Positions 1 to 8,290 of a DNA stretch of 64,000 bases are shown here, piece after piece (positions within the stretch are counted from its first letter, which is position 1; each line of letters begins with the position of its first letter). The notes under the pieces are model-generated. The model was not told where the DNA came from. It saw only the letters and a program-made list of their open reading frames with translations, and searched no databases. A program made the position numbers and the translations under genes. The DNA is taken from contig CAVPNL010000006.1 of assembly GCA_963706575.1 (NCBI GenBank), positions 704,001 through 768,000 on the forward strand. The letters are read 5' to 3'. The stretch comes from an uncultured delta proteobacterium (GTDB taxonomy: Bacteria > Desulfobacterota > Desulfobacteria > Desulfobacterales > JAHEIW01).

Positions 1-834
1 ATTGTTTTTGGCGACATACCGGGCGGCAGCTCATATATGATCGAACATCTGGCCAATTTCCCCGGACTTATGGAGGGGACTTCCGGCACCCAGTTCGGCA
101 CGATGGCATTCCAGCAGGCCCAGAAAGAAGGTACTAACTTCACATTGACCCGTTTGGAAAGCCTCAGCCATAATGAAAACCGCTTTGTCGGTGTCGATGT
201 CGATGGAAAAGAATATACGGCTCTCAGCGCCCTTGTTGCTACCGGGCGGGTGCCCAAAAGATTGGCGGTTGCCAATGCCAATATGAAAGGTGTTCATTTT
301 TGTTCAATTTGTGATGGCCCTTTATACAGAGGGAAAAATGCCACACTGGCGGTGGTCGGCAGCGATAATACCGCCGCCCAGCATGCGCTCACCCTGGCAC
401 GGACTGCCGATAAAGTTCTGCTCATCTGTCGCAGTGATACCCTTAAAATGGATGCCGTTCATAAAGACCAGATCCAGCAGCAAAACAATATTGCGTTGAT
501 GACAAACACGGAAGTATCCGGGTACAACGGCCAGGAGTTCGTCGAAAGTATTGCGGTTGCAGGTAAGGAAAAGGGGCGACAGGATCTGGCGGTTGATGGG
601 ATTTTCCTGGCAATCGGATGGCGACCCAACATATCGGCACTAAAATTGGAGGTTCAAAAAACGGCAGAGGGCTATTTGGAAACGAATGAAAAACTCATGA
701 CGTCGTTTCCCGGACTTTTCGCAGCGGGTGACATACGGGATACCGATATGTGGCAGGTGCTGACCGCCTGTGCCGACGGGGCCAGGGCGGCCAAATATGC
801 AGCCGAATATTTGGAAAAATTAACCCAAGTTTAG
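1..834 (+). CDS. trxB: Thioredoxin-disulfide reductase family FAD/NAD(P) oxidoreductase (5' end lies outside the window)
   Basis: Frame is open from base 1. Motifs: ATG, redox CSICDG, VVGSDNTA (degenerate NADPH-binding), GIFLAIG and GLFAAGD. Confidence 0.85.
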   Translation: MVFGDIPGGSSYMIEHLANFPGLMEGTSGTQFGTMAFQQAQKEGTNFTLTRLESLSHNENRFVGVDVDGKEYTALSALVATGRVPKRLAVANANMKGVHFCSICDGPLYRGKNATLAVVGSDNTAAQHALTLARTADKVLLICRSDTLKMDAVHKDQIQQQNNIALMTNTEVSGYNGQEFVESIAVAGKEKGRQDLAVDGIFLAIGWRPNISALKLEVQKTAEGYLETNEKLMTSFPGLFAAGDIRDTDMWQVLTACADGARAAKYAAEYLEKLTQV

Positions 835-1352
835 AATTTTTGTTCCCGGATGCCGGAGTAAACCGCCTTACAAATGCCCGATACGCCGCCTTGCAATCCT
901 TCCGGATTTTTAAATCCTTCTGTACCCTTTAGGCTCTCGATGTACGCGTGTGCATCAGCCAATACCTGCCAGGCCGCCTGCTTAGCGGCATCCATGTTTA
1001 TTCGGAACAACCACCCTTTTTCGTATGGATCTTCTGAAGCGAGTGAAGGGTTTTGTTTTACTTCTGGATTAAAAAAGGCAATCCCGCTAACCGGGGTTGC
1101 GATATATAAAATTTTGCCTGTAATCACAAACACCACATCCTGCCCCGCTTGAACGGACGCTTCATCCTGGACCAGCCAGTCCAGGTCATTGACGCCGCCG
1201 GCTAAAACCAGAGCGGGTTGCGTCAGGCCGAAAACAAGATCCTGATCTTGCGCTTTGGCCCATAAACCCTGTTTTGAATGATATCTTCGGTCTTCAGGGA
1301 TCTCAACGCGTTGACCTAAAAATTTTTCAATTACCGCCATTACTACCTCCAT
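831..1352 (-). CDS. Glycine cleavage H-like (lipoyl-domain) protein with a C-terminal extension
   Basis: PEDRRY...W, TPVSG and EDPYEKGWLF match the GcvH fold. The lipoyl-Lys context is atypical (VITGKI). Confidence 0.7.
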   Translation of the reverse strand: MEVVMAVIEKFLGQRVEIPEDRRYHSKQGLWAKAQDQDLVFGLTQPALVLAGGVNDLDWLVQDEASVQAGQDVVFVITGKILYIATPVSGIAFFNPEVKQNPSLASEDPYEKGWLFRINMDAAKQAAWQVLADAHAYIESLKGTEGFKNPEGLQGGVSGICKAVYSGIREQKF

Positions 1353-1459
1353 TCTAAGATTTCAGAAAATCGACACCGATAAATCCTACCTTCAGCTTTA
1401 ATACAAAAAATGTCAAGAAGTTGGGATCACAATTTTTTTAAAAATCATCTTTAGGTCTA

Positions 1460-1499
1460 TTGACCGCATCCCAAAATTAGTATTATACAATGTAAAATA
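1460..1499 (+). promoter_or_regulatory. Putative promoter with a palindromic operator upstream of padR
   Basis: TTGACC at 1460, followed by an imperfect inverted repeat TATTATACA-A-TGTAAAATA at 1481-1499 over the -10 region. Confidence 0.4.
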
Positions 1500-1520
1500 G
1501 TTTATCAATGAAAGGGATGG

Positions 1521-1946
1521 ATGATGCCGCGGATTGATCAGGATTGCCCCTGTACCGGAAAAAATATGAAGCATTTTGCCGCACCCTGGATTCTACTGAC
1601 ATTGGTCAATCATGAAGGTGCGCATGGCTACAAAATCAAAAAGATCATGAACCAGTTCACGCAAGATTTGGGAATTCCGTTGAACATCACCGGCCTTTAT
1701 CGGCACCTAAACGGCCTGGAGAAACGCGGCGTCCTTTACTCCAAATGGGATTCTCAGGGCAAAGGTCCGGCCAAGCGTAAATATTATTTGACCGAATCGG
1801 GTAAAGAATGTCTGCGCTACTGGATGCGCACCTTAAGCATGCAGTCGCTTCTTATCGGCAGATTTTTCGACCAGGCGAAAAAGGTTTTTCCTTCCATGCG
1901 GATGCCGACGATCCGGTTTGAAAGCCGGTCCAATTGCCTGGATTAA
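1521..1946 (+). CDS. PadR-family transcriptional regulator
   Basis: HGY, LYRHLNGLEKRG and GPAKRKYYLTESG winged-helix motifs. N-terminal DCPCTG. Confidence 0.85.
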   Translation: MMPRIDQDCPCTGKNMKHFAAPWILLTLVNHEGAHGYKIKKIMNQFTQDLGIPLNITGLYRHLNGLEKRGVLYSKWDSQGKGPAKRKYYLTESGKECLRYWMRTLSMQSLLIGRFFDQAKKVFPSMRMPTIRFESRSNCLD

Positions 1947-2006
1947 CAACACCAACGAATGTTTCAATCTAGCTTCACTCACGAATCAAAGGCAGGAGGT
2001 AACACC

Positions 2007-3152
2007 ATGTGTCCCGCTAAAGCGATTTCAGTCAACAAACCCGTAAAGCTCATCTTTGCCGGCGGTTTCTTGGGCTCCGGCAAAACAACGGCGCTGGCAT
2101 CCCTGGCAAAACGCTTGATTCAGCGCGACATGCGGGTCGGTTTCATCACCAACGATCAGAGTGAAAATCTGGTCGATACGGTTATCGTTCGACAGATGCT
2201 CACCGAGCTGGGGGTACCGGTAGAAGAAGTGGTCAAAGGCTGCTTTTGCTGCAAATTTGATGAATTGATCGAGCACGTTGAAAAAATTCTGGTCCATGAT
2301 CCCGATGTTCTCATGGGAGAACCGGTGGGCAGCTGTACCGATTTTGTGGCCGCGGTGGCCAATCCGATCAAAATTCAATACAAGGATGCCTTCCGTTTTG
2401 CGCCGTTTTCGATAATGGTGGACCCGGGCCGGGTGCGGGAACTCATGCTGCAAGAAAGCGAATCAGAATTCCCCGAGGATGTGGCCTATCTCTTCCGCAA
2501 GCAAATGGAAGAGGCAGACACCATTGTGCTCAACAAAATCGATCTTATTGCCCCGGGCGAATCGGATCGCCTGCTTTCTGCGATTGGGGAAACATTTAAA
2601 GATAAAAAATTGATGGCCGTCTCTGCCAAAGCAGGTACCGGGATGGAGGAGTGGCTTGACGACCTTCTTTCTGGACGGCCGGGCGCAAATACGGTGTTGC
2701 GGCAGATTGATTATGACCGTTATGCGCACGCGGAGGCCGTTTTGGGCTGGTTGAATGCCGCCGTATTCATGTCTGCGCCAGAATCGTTTGACGCTTCTAA
2801 TTTTGCGCGAAAATTGCTGATGGAATTGCGAGAGGCCTTTAAGCAAAGAAAGGGTGAAATTGGGCACCTGAAGATTGTTATTACCAGTGCCGGGAAATCT
2901 CTTTGGGCCAATCTGACCCATCTGGCAGCCGAGCCCAGCATCAGTGGTGAGACCCTGGATGCCTTGTCAAAGGCGGCACTCATTATCAATGCGCGGGTCA
3001 GGCTTGAACCCGAAGATTTAGAAGCGACGGTGCGTGATGTTCTTAACGCGGTTTCCGGGGGCATGGGTGTTAAATCTGAAATCGACGATCTTCAATGTTT
3101 CAGTCCGGCCTATCCTGACCCGCCGCATGTGATACGCGAATCACTTGAATAA
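2007..3152 (+). CDS. CobW/HypB/UreG (G3E)-type metallochaperone GTPase
   Basis: GFLGSGKTT, CFCC metal motif, EPVGSC and NKID. RBS AGGAGG precedes ATG 2007. Confidence 0.85.
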   Translation: MCPAKAISVNKPVKLIFAGGFLGSGKTTALASLAKRLIQRDMRVGFITNDQSENLVDTVIVRQMLTELGVPVEEVVKGCFCCKFDELIEHVEKILVHDPDVLMGEPVGSCTDFVAAVANPIKIQYKDAFRFAPFSIMVDPGRVRELMLQESESEFPEDVAYLFRKQMEEADTIVLNKIDLIAPGESDRLLSAIGETFKDKKLMAVSAKAGTGMEEWLDDLLSGRPGANTVLRQIDYDRYAHAEAVLGWLNAAVFMSAPESFDASNFARKLLMELREAFKQRKGEIGHLKIVITSAGKSLWANLTHLAAEPSISGETLDALSKAALIINARVRLEPEDLEATVRDVLNAVSGGMGVKSEIDDLQCFSPAYPDPPHVIRESLE

Positions 3153-3159
3153 CGAAGAT

Positions 3160-3362
3160 TAGAAGTGGTATCAAAACCCCATCTAAGGCCCAATGGCTGC
3201 GTTGCCCCGCTAAGCGGGATTCGCATCTGATTCTTAAAATTAAGGTGCAGCACAGGCCTCCGGTAAATGCTCACATACTCATGTATGCTGAGAACAACGA
3301 CTTTCCCGATCGGCCTGACGCCTTGCCCTTGAACCTGATCTGAGGTTTTGAAACCACTTCTA
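3160..3362. mobile_element. MITE family 1, copy 1 (carries an internal insertion of ~55 bp)
   Basis: Terminal inverted repeats TAGAAGTGGT(A)TCAAAAC...GTTTTGAAACCACTTCTA. Homologous to 28192-28337 and 53788-53933. Confidence 0.8.
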
Positions 3363-3384
3363 GTCATATGAATAGAGGTGGATC

Positions 3385-3636
3385 ATGTTGCGCATAGAAG
3401 TCATCGGACTCGAGCCTCCCTGCCAAAAATGCAATGAGCTTCTCGAAAATGCCAAAAAAGCGGCTAAGGATGCCGGGGTGGATGCCGAGGTGGTTAAGCT
3501 TTGGACCCTTTCAGAAGATGTTCGCCAAAAATATGGCTTGCTACTCAGTCCGGCGCTGGTCATTGAAGGTGTCGTCGTTGCCCAGGGAAAAGTATATAAA
3601 CCGGAGCGAATCGCCGGATTACTCCAAGGTGCGTGA
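3385..3636 (+). CDS. Small redox-active disulfide (thioredoxin-fold) protein
   Basis: PPCQKC motif and YGLLLSPALVIEG...GKV. RBS GAGGTG. Confidence 0.85.
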   Translation: MLRIEVIGLEPPCQKCNELLENAKKAAKDAGVDAEVVKLWTLSEDVRQKYGLLLSPALVIEGVVVAQGKVYKPERIAGLLQGA

Positions 3637-3686
3637 AAGTAATTCAAATTGGTGCTCACCTATCGATATTTCTTAAAGATTCTGTT

Positions 3687-4556
3687 ATGAAACAACGATT
3701 GGGAATATACTTTGGAGAATTTTTCGGGACATTCCTGCTGGTTTTTTTCGGAATTTCGGCGGTGGCTGTAGCCGTCTTGTTCGATGCCATATCCAGTATC
3801 GTTCAAATTTCCATTGTCTGGGGTATCGGGGTGACCCTCGCCATTTATGCGACACGCCATTTATCATGTGCCCATTTGAATCCGGCGGTGTCTCTGGGAA
3901 TGGTATTGGCTGGACGAATGCATCCACGTCTGTTAATCCCATATTGGATTTTCCAACTATGTGGGGCGATAGCAGCCGGAGCGTGTTTACTACTTGTCTT
4001 TCATACGTCTATTTCCAGTTATGAAACAGCAAACGCTATCAGCCGAGGCACGCTTTCATCCCTAAAAACGGCGATGCTGTTCGGTGAATATTTTCCTAAT
4101 CCCGGATTCTCCTTTCCCTGGTTTGGCGTGAGCAGGGGAACCGCGATGATTGTCGAAGGATTGGGAACTTTCATTCTGGTTACAATGATATTTTTGTTGA
4201 CCGAAGGCTGCAACGTTGGACGCCCAGGTGAAGTTTTAGCACCCATTTTTATAGGGGCCACCGTATCTGCGCTTATTGCCGTTACGGCACCGCTGACTCA
4301 AACCGGAATCAATCCGGCTAGAGATTTCGGGCCTCGGTTAGTCGCCTATTTTGCCGGCTGGGACAGAATTGCAATTCCAGGCCCTCAAAACGGTTTTTTT
4401 TGGGTTTATATTTTTGCACCGCTGATCGGCGGAAGCAGTGCCGCCGGTTTTTTTCGCTTTATTCTGGCTCCTTTGATGACTGCCAAAAACCGGGAACTGG
4501 AATGCAGTTGTGACAATTGTGGTGATGCGTCGGATAATCAGTCGGGAGCAAATTGA
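3687..4556 (+). CDS. MIP family channel (aquaglyceroporin-like) with a Cys-rich tail
   Basis: EFFGTF, HLNPAVS and INPARDFGPR motifs. C-terminal ECSCDNC. Confidence 0.9.
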   Translation: MKQRLGIYFGEFFGTFLLVFFGISAVAVAVLFDAISSIVQISIVWGIGVTLAIYATRHLSCAHLNPAVSLGMVLAGRMHPRLLIPYWIFQLCGAIAAGACLLLVFHTSISSYETANAISRGTLSSLKTAMLFGEYFPNPGFSFPWFGVSRGTAMIVEGLGTFILVTMIFLLTEGCNVGRPGEVLAPIFIGATVSALIAVTAPLTQTGINPARDFGPRLVAYFAGWDRIAIPGPQNGFFWVYIFAPLIGGSSAAGFFRFILAPLMTAKNRELECSCDNCGDASDNQSGAN

Positions 4557-4606
4557 ATGTATTCATTACAAGAACATAGGGAGCGGCAGTAAAACACTCA
4601 GAAATT

Positions 4607-4888
4607 ATGGCATTGACGGATAAAGACTGGTACCAGAAGGGTATAAAGCTGAAGCAAAAAGGCCATTATCAAAAAGCCATCCAAGCATTTGATCGGGTCA
4701 TTGATCATAAAATCAAATTGGCCGAAGCCTATTTCGAAAGGGGAGTATGTTTTTATAAACTGGGTAATAACCGACAGGCCACAGACGATCTGGCGGCCGC
4801 CGCCATGCTGGGTTGTGAGGCCGCCAAATTTTGGAGCAAGTACGATAGAAACAAGATTAAGAAATCAAATGAAGATAACGAATCCTAA
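4607..4888 (+). CDS. Small TPR-repeat protein
   Basis: Two TPR-like units (WYQKG...YQKAIQAFDRVI and AEAYFERG...A). Confidence 0.7.
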   Translation: MALTDKDWYQKGIKLKQKGHYQKAIQAFDRVIDHKIKLAEAYFERGVCFYKLGNNRQATDDLAAAAMLGCEAAKFWSKYDRNKIKKSNEDNES

Positions 4889-4890
4889 AT

Positions 4891-5355
4891 TTAAGACTCG
4901 AGGTTTTTTGCAGTTTTATCAAACAGATCGAGCATCCGATCAATCAGATTGATGTTCGATTTGTCAAAATTAACGATTAAATCCACTCCGGCACGATATA
5001 ATTCCCCATGATTTGGCTGTAAGCCGGCACCCCCGGCGACCAGTCGAATATCTGCACCGCCTTCGGTCTGAAGTGCCTCAGCCAGTTGAACAACCAACGA
5101 TTGATTGGTGATATCGACGATGGAGACACACATCATATGGACATCATTGTCAATTGCCAAGCGGGCGGTTTGCAAGGGCGCCTGATTGTTAGGGCCGATA
5201 TCAACGTCAAATCCGAATTCTGCCAGGGAAGCGGCTAACGATTTTGTCCAACGGTCGGACTGATCGCTTTCCAAATGAGCCAGAAGGATGCGCGGCCTTC
5301 TGCCTTCCCGCTGAGCAATTGTACTTATTCTTTTCTCTATTTGCTTGGTGTTCAT
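4891..5355 (-). CDS. Stand-alone cobalamin-binding domain protein resembling the methylmalonyl-CoA mutase C-terminus, degenerate
   Basis: EGRRPRILLA...GFDVDIGP...DNDVH...VAGG matches the MCM C-domain, but DxHxxG reads DQSDRW. Confidence 0.75.
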   Translation of the reverse strand: MNTKQIEKRISTIAQREGRRPRILLAHLESDQSDRWTKSLAASLAEFGFDVDIGPNNQAPLQTARLAIDNDVHMMCVSIVDITNQSLVVQLAEALQTEGGADIRLVAGGAGLQPNHGELYRAGVDLIVNFDKSNINLIDRMLDLFDKTAKNLES

Positions 5356-5523
5356 GTTCTCACCTGAATTTTCATGCAAGATTTAGGTTGCAATTTATTT
5401 AAAATACCTTCAGATGTCAAACGAATGCCAAGATCCGCAATCCATTCGATAGGGCCGCATTGAAAATCCATGGTGCCTATGATATCTTTCTAGAAATAAA
5501 CGAGGAGTTGAAGATTTTTTACC

Positions 5524-5595
5524 GTCATGCCCGCGAAGGCGGGCATCCATCATTTTCTGTAGGTATTTCTGGATTCCCGCCTTCGCGGGAATGAC
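5524..5595. repeat. REP-like palindrome doublet (GTCATTCCCGCG family)
   Basis: GTCATGCCCGCGAAGGCGGGCATCCA...TGGATTCCCGCCTTCGCGGGAATGAC. Related copies at 47746-47810 and 49635-50147. Confidence 0.8.
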
Positions 5596-5706
5596 AAGTA
5601 TGAAAAGAAAAAAATCCCCGACCTCTGAAATAAATAGAAGCGGCGAATTGATTGTTCGTTTTGAAACCACTTCCAGTAGGTATTGAATTGATATACAGGG
5701 ATCATT

Positions 5707-6063
5707 ATGCCATCGAAACGCAAAGCCAAAATTATCATTGAGGTGATGTACAAAGCAGATTACTGTCTGCCCTGTTTTTATATGGACGAAATGGTTCGAT
5801 CCGTGTTGCCAAACTATGCCGACCGGGTGGAATACCGTCGGGTTGACTTTTTGAAAGGGGATGGTAAAGCGCGCTTTTTGGAGCTCTCTCAGTTTCTTTT
5901 TGGTGAAGAAGGCGTTTACAAGCATTGTCGGCTTGCGCCGGTGCCCTCTCTTTGGATTAATGGAGAATTGTTCTTTGACGCGATTCCGCCCCAATTTGAA
6001 CTGGAAGAGGCCCTAGATGAGGTTCTCGCCGAACACAGAGATATTGAGAAAAAGGAAGAATAA
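5707..6063 (+). CDS. Thioredoxin-fold protein (CLPC)
   Basis: YCLPCFYM redox motif and APVPSLWINGE cis-Pro loop. Confidence 0.8.
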   Translation: MPSKRKAKIIIEVMYKADYCLPCFYMDEMVRSVLPNYADRVEYRRVDFLKGDGKARFLELSQFLFGEEGVYKHCRLAPVPSLWINGELFFDAIPPQFELEEALDEVLAEHRDIEKKEE

Positions 6064-6365
6064 TGAATTTGGAAACATCAAAAATTCATCTGGAAGTGTT
6101 TCACGAAGGTGAACACTGAATCCCCTGCGTTTACATGACCCGTGTGGTCGAAACGGTTGCGGCGGAATATGGCGACAGATTGAACTGGGAAAAAATTGTC
6201 ACCAAAGATTTAGCGGGTGCCAAGAGATACCAAAGTTTTTCAAAGTCCCTCGGCAGACCGGCGCCCGTCCCCTGCATTGTCATAGAGGGCGAGCTGGTTT
6301 TTGAAGCCACTCCCAGCACCGAGGAGCTAAAAGCCTGTATCGATCGATATTTAAAAACTTCTTAA
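6063..6365 (+). CDS. Thioredoxin-fold selenoprotein (UIPC; Sec at TGA 6117-6119), 100 aa
   Basis: ATG 6063 overlaps the upstream TAA (TAATG). Reads MNLETSKIHLEVFHEGEH-TGA-IPCVYMTRVVE..., in frame with track ORF 6135..6365. The TGA aligns with the first Cys of the paralog's CLPCFYM. Confidence 0.85.
6128..6155 (+). promoter_or_regulatory. Putative bacterial SECIS hairpin
   Basis: CGTTT-ACAT-GACC-[CGTGT]-GGTC-G-AAACG: a two-part stem with a G-containing apical loop, starting 8 nt after the in-frame TGA. Confidence 0.6.
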
Positions 6366-6380
6366 TCCACCTTTGCGGCT

Positions 6381-7679
6381 TTATTTTTTAGTGGTGCCGG
6401 CCGGGTATTCTTCCAAAAGTTCAGATATGGCCTTATTCACGTTTTGGTGATCTATTGAACCCAGCGGAAAAGACGGGCCACGATCCAAAATATTTCCTTT
6501 ATAAACCATTTGAATCTTTGCCACCGGAATAAAGCCGGAATCCCATTGTTCCAGGCCGATTGATATTTGATAGCCTGTTTCTGGTGGATGTGGCGGGCTG
6601 GCCGGGACCGTTTTTGATATCTGTGGAAAAAATGATTCAACCGGTTCTGGCGTTAGTGGCACACAGGATACCCCCTTGCCCTGCTTGATTTGTTCAAAGC
6701 AGTTATTGCATGAAATGCATTCGGCCTCGATCAGATCGCCGGCCTGCCACCGATTAATCAGATCGGGATCCCGGATAAAAGGGCGTGACATGGAGATATA
6801 ATCGGCCACACCTTCGTCCACAAGCCGCTTGGCAACCTCTAAAGATCTTATGCCACCGACCAGGATCAATGGAACCGCGATTTTTTCCTTAAAGGCCCGG
6901 GCCTCATTCTGAAAATGGGCTTCGACCGCTGCCGTATCTATTTTACTCTGCATGATATTCGGATTGTTTAAAAGCCCGCCGCTTAATTCAATGGCATCAA
7001 TTCCTTCTTCGTCGAGCATCATCCCGACCTGCAGGGAATCTTCCAAGCTAAGGCCGTTTTCCACGAAATCCTGGCAATTGAGTTTGACCAAAACCGGATA
7101 GCCGTCACCGGTGTGATGGCGGACGGACTGAAGCACTTCCAAAAGCGCCCTGGCGCGATTTCGGATATTTCCACCGTATGCATCGGTGCGGTCGTTATAC
7201 CGGGGGCAGAGGAGCTGGCTGAGAAAAAATCCGTGGGCGGCAAAAATTTGCACACCGTCGAACCCCGCTGTTTTAGCTCTCATCGCGGCTATGCCATAGG
7301 CTGTAACCAGCTTCTGAATATCCTGCACGGTCATTTTCCCGACTCGCGATTTCGACAGGTAGGCGCCGCCATACCCCAGCTGTAAAACGATCTTAGCGCC
7401 GTTTTTATGGACCACTTGCGTTATGGCCTTTAAGCCGGGAATCATCTCATCATTGTGAATACCAAGCTGCCAAGGAGAGTGCTGCCCATCGGGGCGAACA
7501 TAGGTATGGCCGGTGATGATCAGCCCGACACCGCCGGCCGCCAGCCTTGCCATTAAATCAACTAATTTGGAAGTGCTGGCGCCATCATCCGTTGCCAGCC
7601 CTTCCCAGGTTGCCGAACGCACAAATCGGTTGGATAGCACCATCCCATTAATTTCGCTTTGCTCAAACAATCGCGACAT
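6381..7679 (-). CDS. NADH:flavin oxidoreductase (Old Yellow Enzyme family) with an Fe-S motif and a C-terminal extension
   Basis: NRFVRSATWE, GFDGVQIFAAHGFFLSQ, NDRTDAYGG, SRPFIRDP and CISCNNC...C. Confidence 0.85.
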   Translation of the reverse strand: MSRLFEQSEINGMVLSNRFVRSATWEGLATDDGASTSKLVDLMARLAAGGVGLIITGHTYVRPDGQHSPWQLGIHNDEMIPGLKAITQVVHKNGAKIVLQLGYGGAYLSKSRVGKMTVQDIQKLVTAYGIAAMRAKTAGFDGVQIFAAHGFFLSQLLCPRYNDRTDAYGGNIRNRARALLEVLQSVRHHTGDGYPVLVKLNCQDFVENGLSLEDSLQVGMMLDEEGIDAIELSGGLLNNPNIMQSKIDTAAVEAHFQNEARAFKEKIAVPLILVGGIRSLEVAKRLVDEGVADYISMSRPFIRDPDLINRWQAGDLIEAECISCNNCFEQIKQGKGVSCVPLTPEPVESFFPQISKTVPASPPHPPETGYQISIGLEQWDSGFIPVAKIQMVYKGNILDRGPSFPLGSIDHQNVNKAISELLEEYPAGTTKK

Positions 7680-8209
7680 TACTTTTCAATCCCCACTCTG
7701 GCCGGCACGCCTTTTTCGAAATAGTGCTTTATGGGCACCATCTCGGTAACCAGATCGGCGTTTTCAATCACTCGCGAAGAAGCATGCCTTCCCGTGATCA
7801 CCAACTCTGTATCGTAAGGTTTATTGATAATAAGGCCGAGAAGGTCCTGTTCCCGGATGAGTCCAAACTTGGCGGCCACATTGGCCTCTTCCAAAATGAT
7901 GACTTTATACTCTTCCGAAGCCATGATGGATTTGACTTGCTTAAGACCTTTTTGAGCCGCGGCAATATCCGCGGGCAAGGGCTTGCCGTCCGTAAAACGG
8001 CCGAGTCCGAATTGTTCGACGGTAATCAGATCGGAATACCGCTTGAGGCCCTTGATCTCACTGTAGTCACCCATTTTGATAAACTGCGCGATATAAACCT
8101 TTAATCCGGCACCTGCAGCCCGAATGGCCAGGCCGATGGCAGCCGTTGTTTTACCTTTGCCATTGCCGGTGTAAACCTGAATATATCCTCTCGTTTCGTT
8201 TTTATCCAT
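7679..8209 (-). CDS. cobO: Cob(I)yrinic acid a,c-diamide adenosyltransferase
   Basis: YTGNGKGKTTAA, QFIK, ELVITGR and ADLVTEM...KHYF...GIE. Confidence 0.92.
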   Translation of the reverse strand: MDKNETRGYIQVYTGNGKGKTTAAIGLAIRAAGAGLKVYIAQFIKMGDYSEIKGLKRYSDLITVEQFGLGRFTDGKPLPADIAAAQKGLKQVKSIMASEEYKVIILEEANVAAKFGLIREQDLLGLIINKPYDTELVITGRHASSRVIENADLVTEMVPIKHYFEKGVPARVGIEK

Positions 8210-8290
8210 TTGGGTTTCCTATGCTCCAAGGATTAAAGATAAATAAACATTTCATCAGAAACATGCAACCTCAGCGGCAGAAATTGTTGC

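Noticed and set aside
3344..3362. GTTTTGAAAC ends resembling CRISPR repeat termini (also at 5658, 28320 and 53916)
   Set aside because: They occur as inverted pairs at dispersed sites, not as regularly spaced direct repeats with unique spacers, and no cas genes are present.
3634..4556. Sec readthrough at the TGA stops of 3385..3636 and the MIP gene
   Set aside because: TGA 3634 is followed by AAG TAA, and neither TGA lies in a redox motif or aligns with a Cys.
5410..5994. 194-aa minus-strand ORF and other long antisense ORFs
   Set aside because: They are shadow frames of well-supported genes or repeats on the opposite strand.
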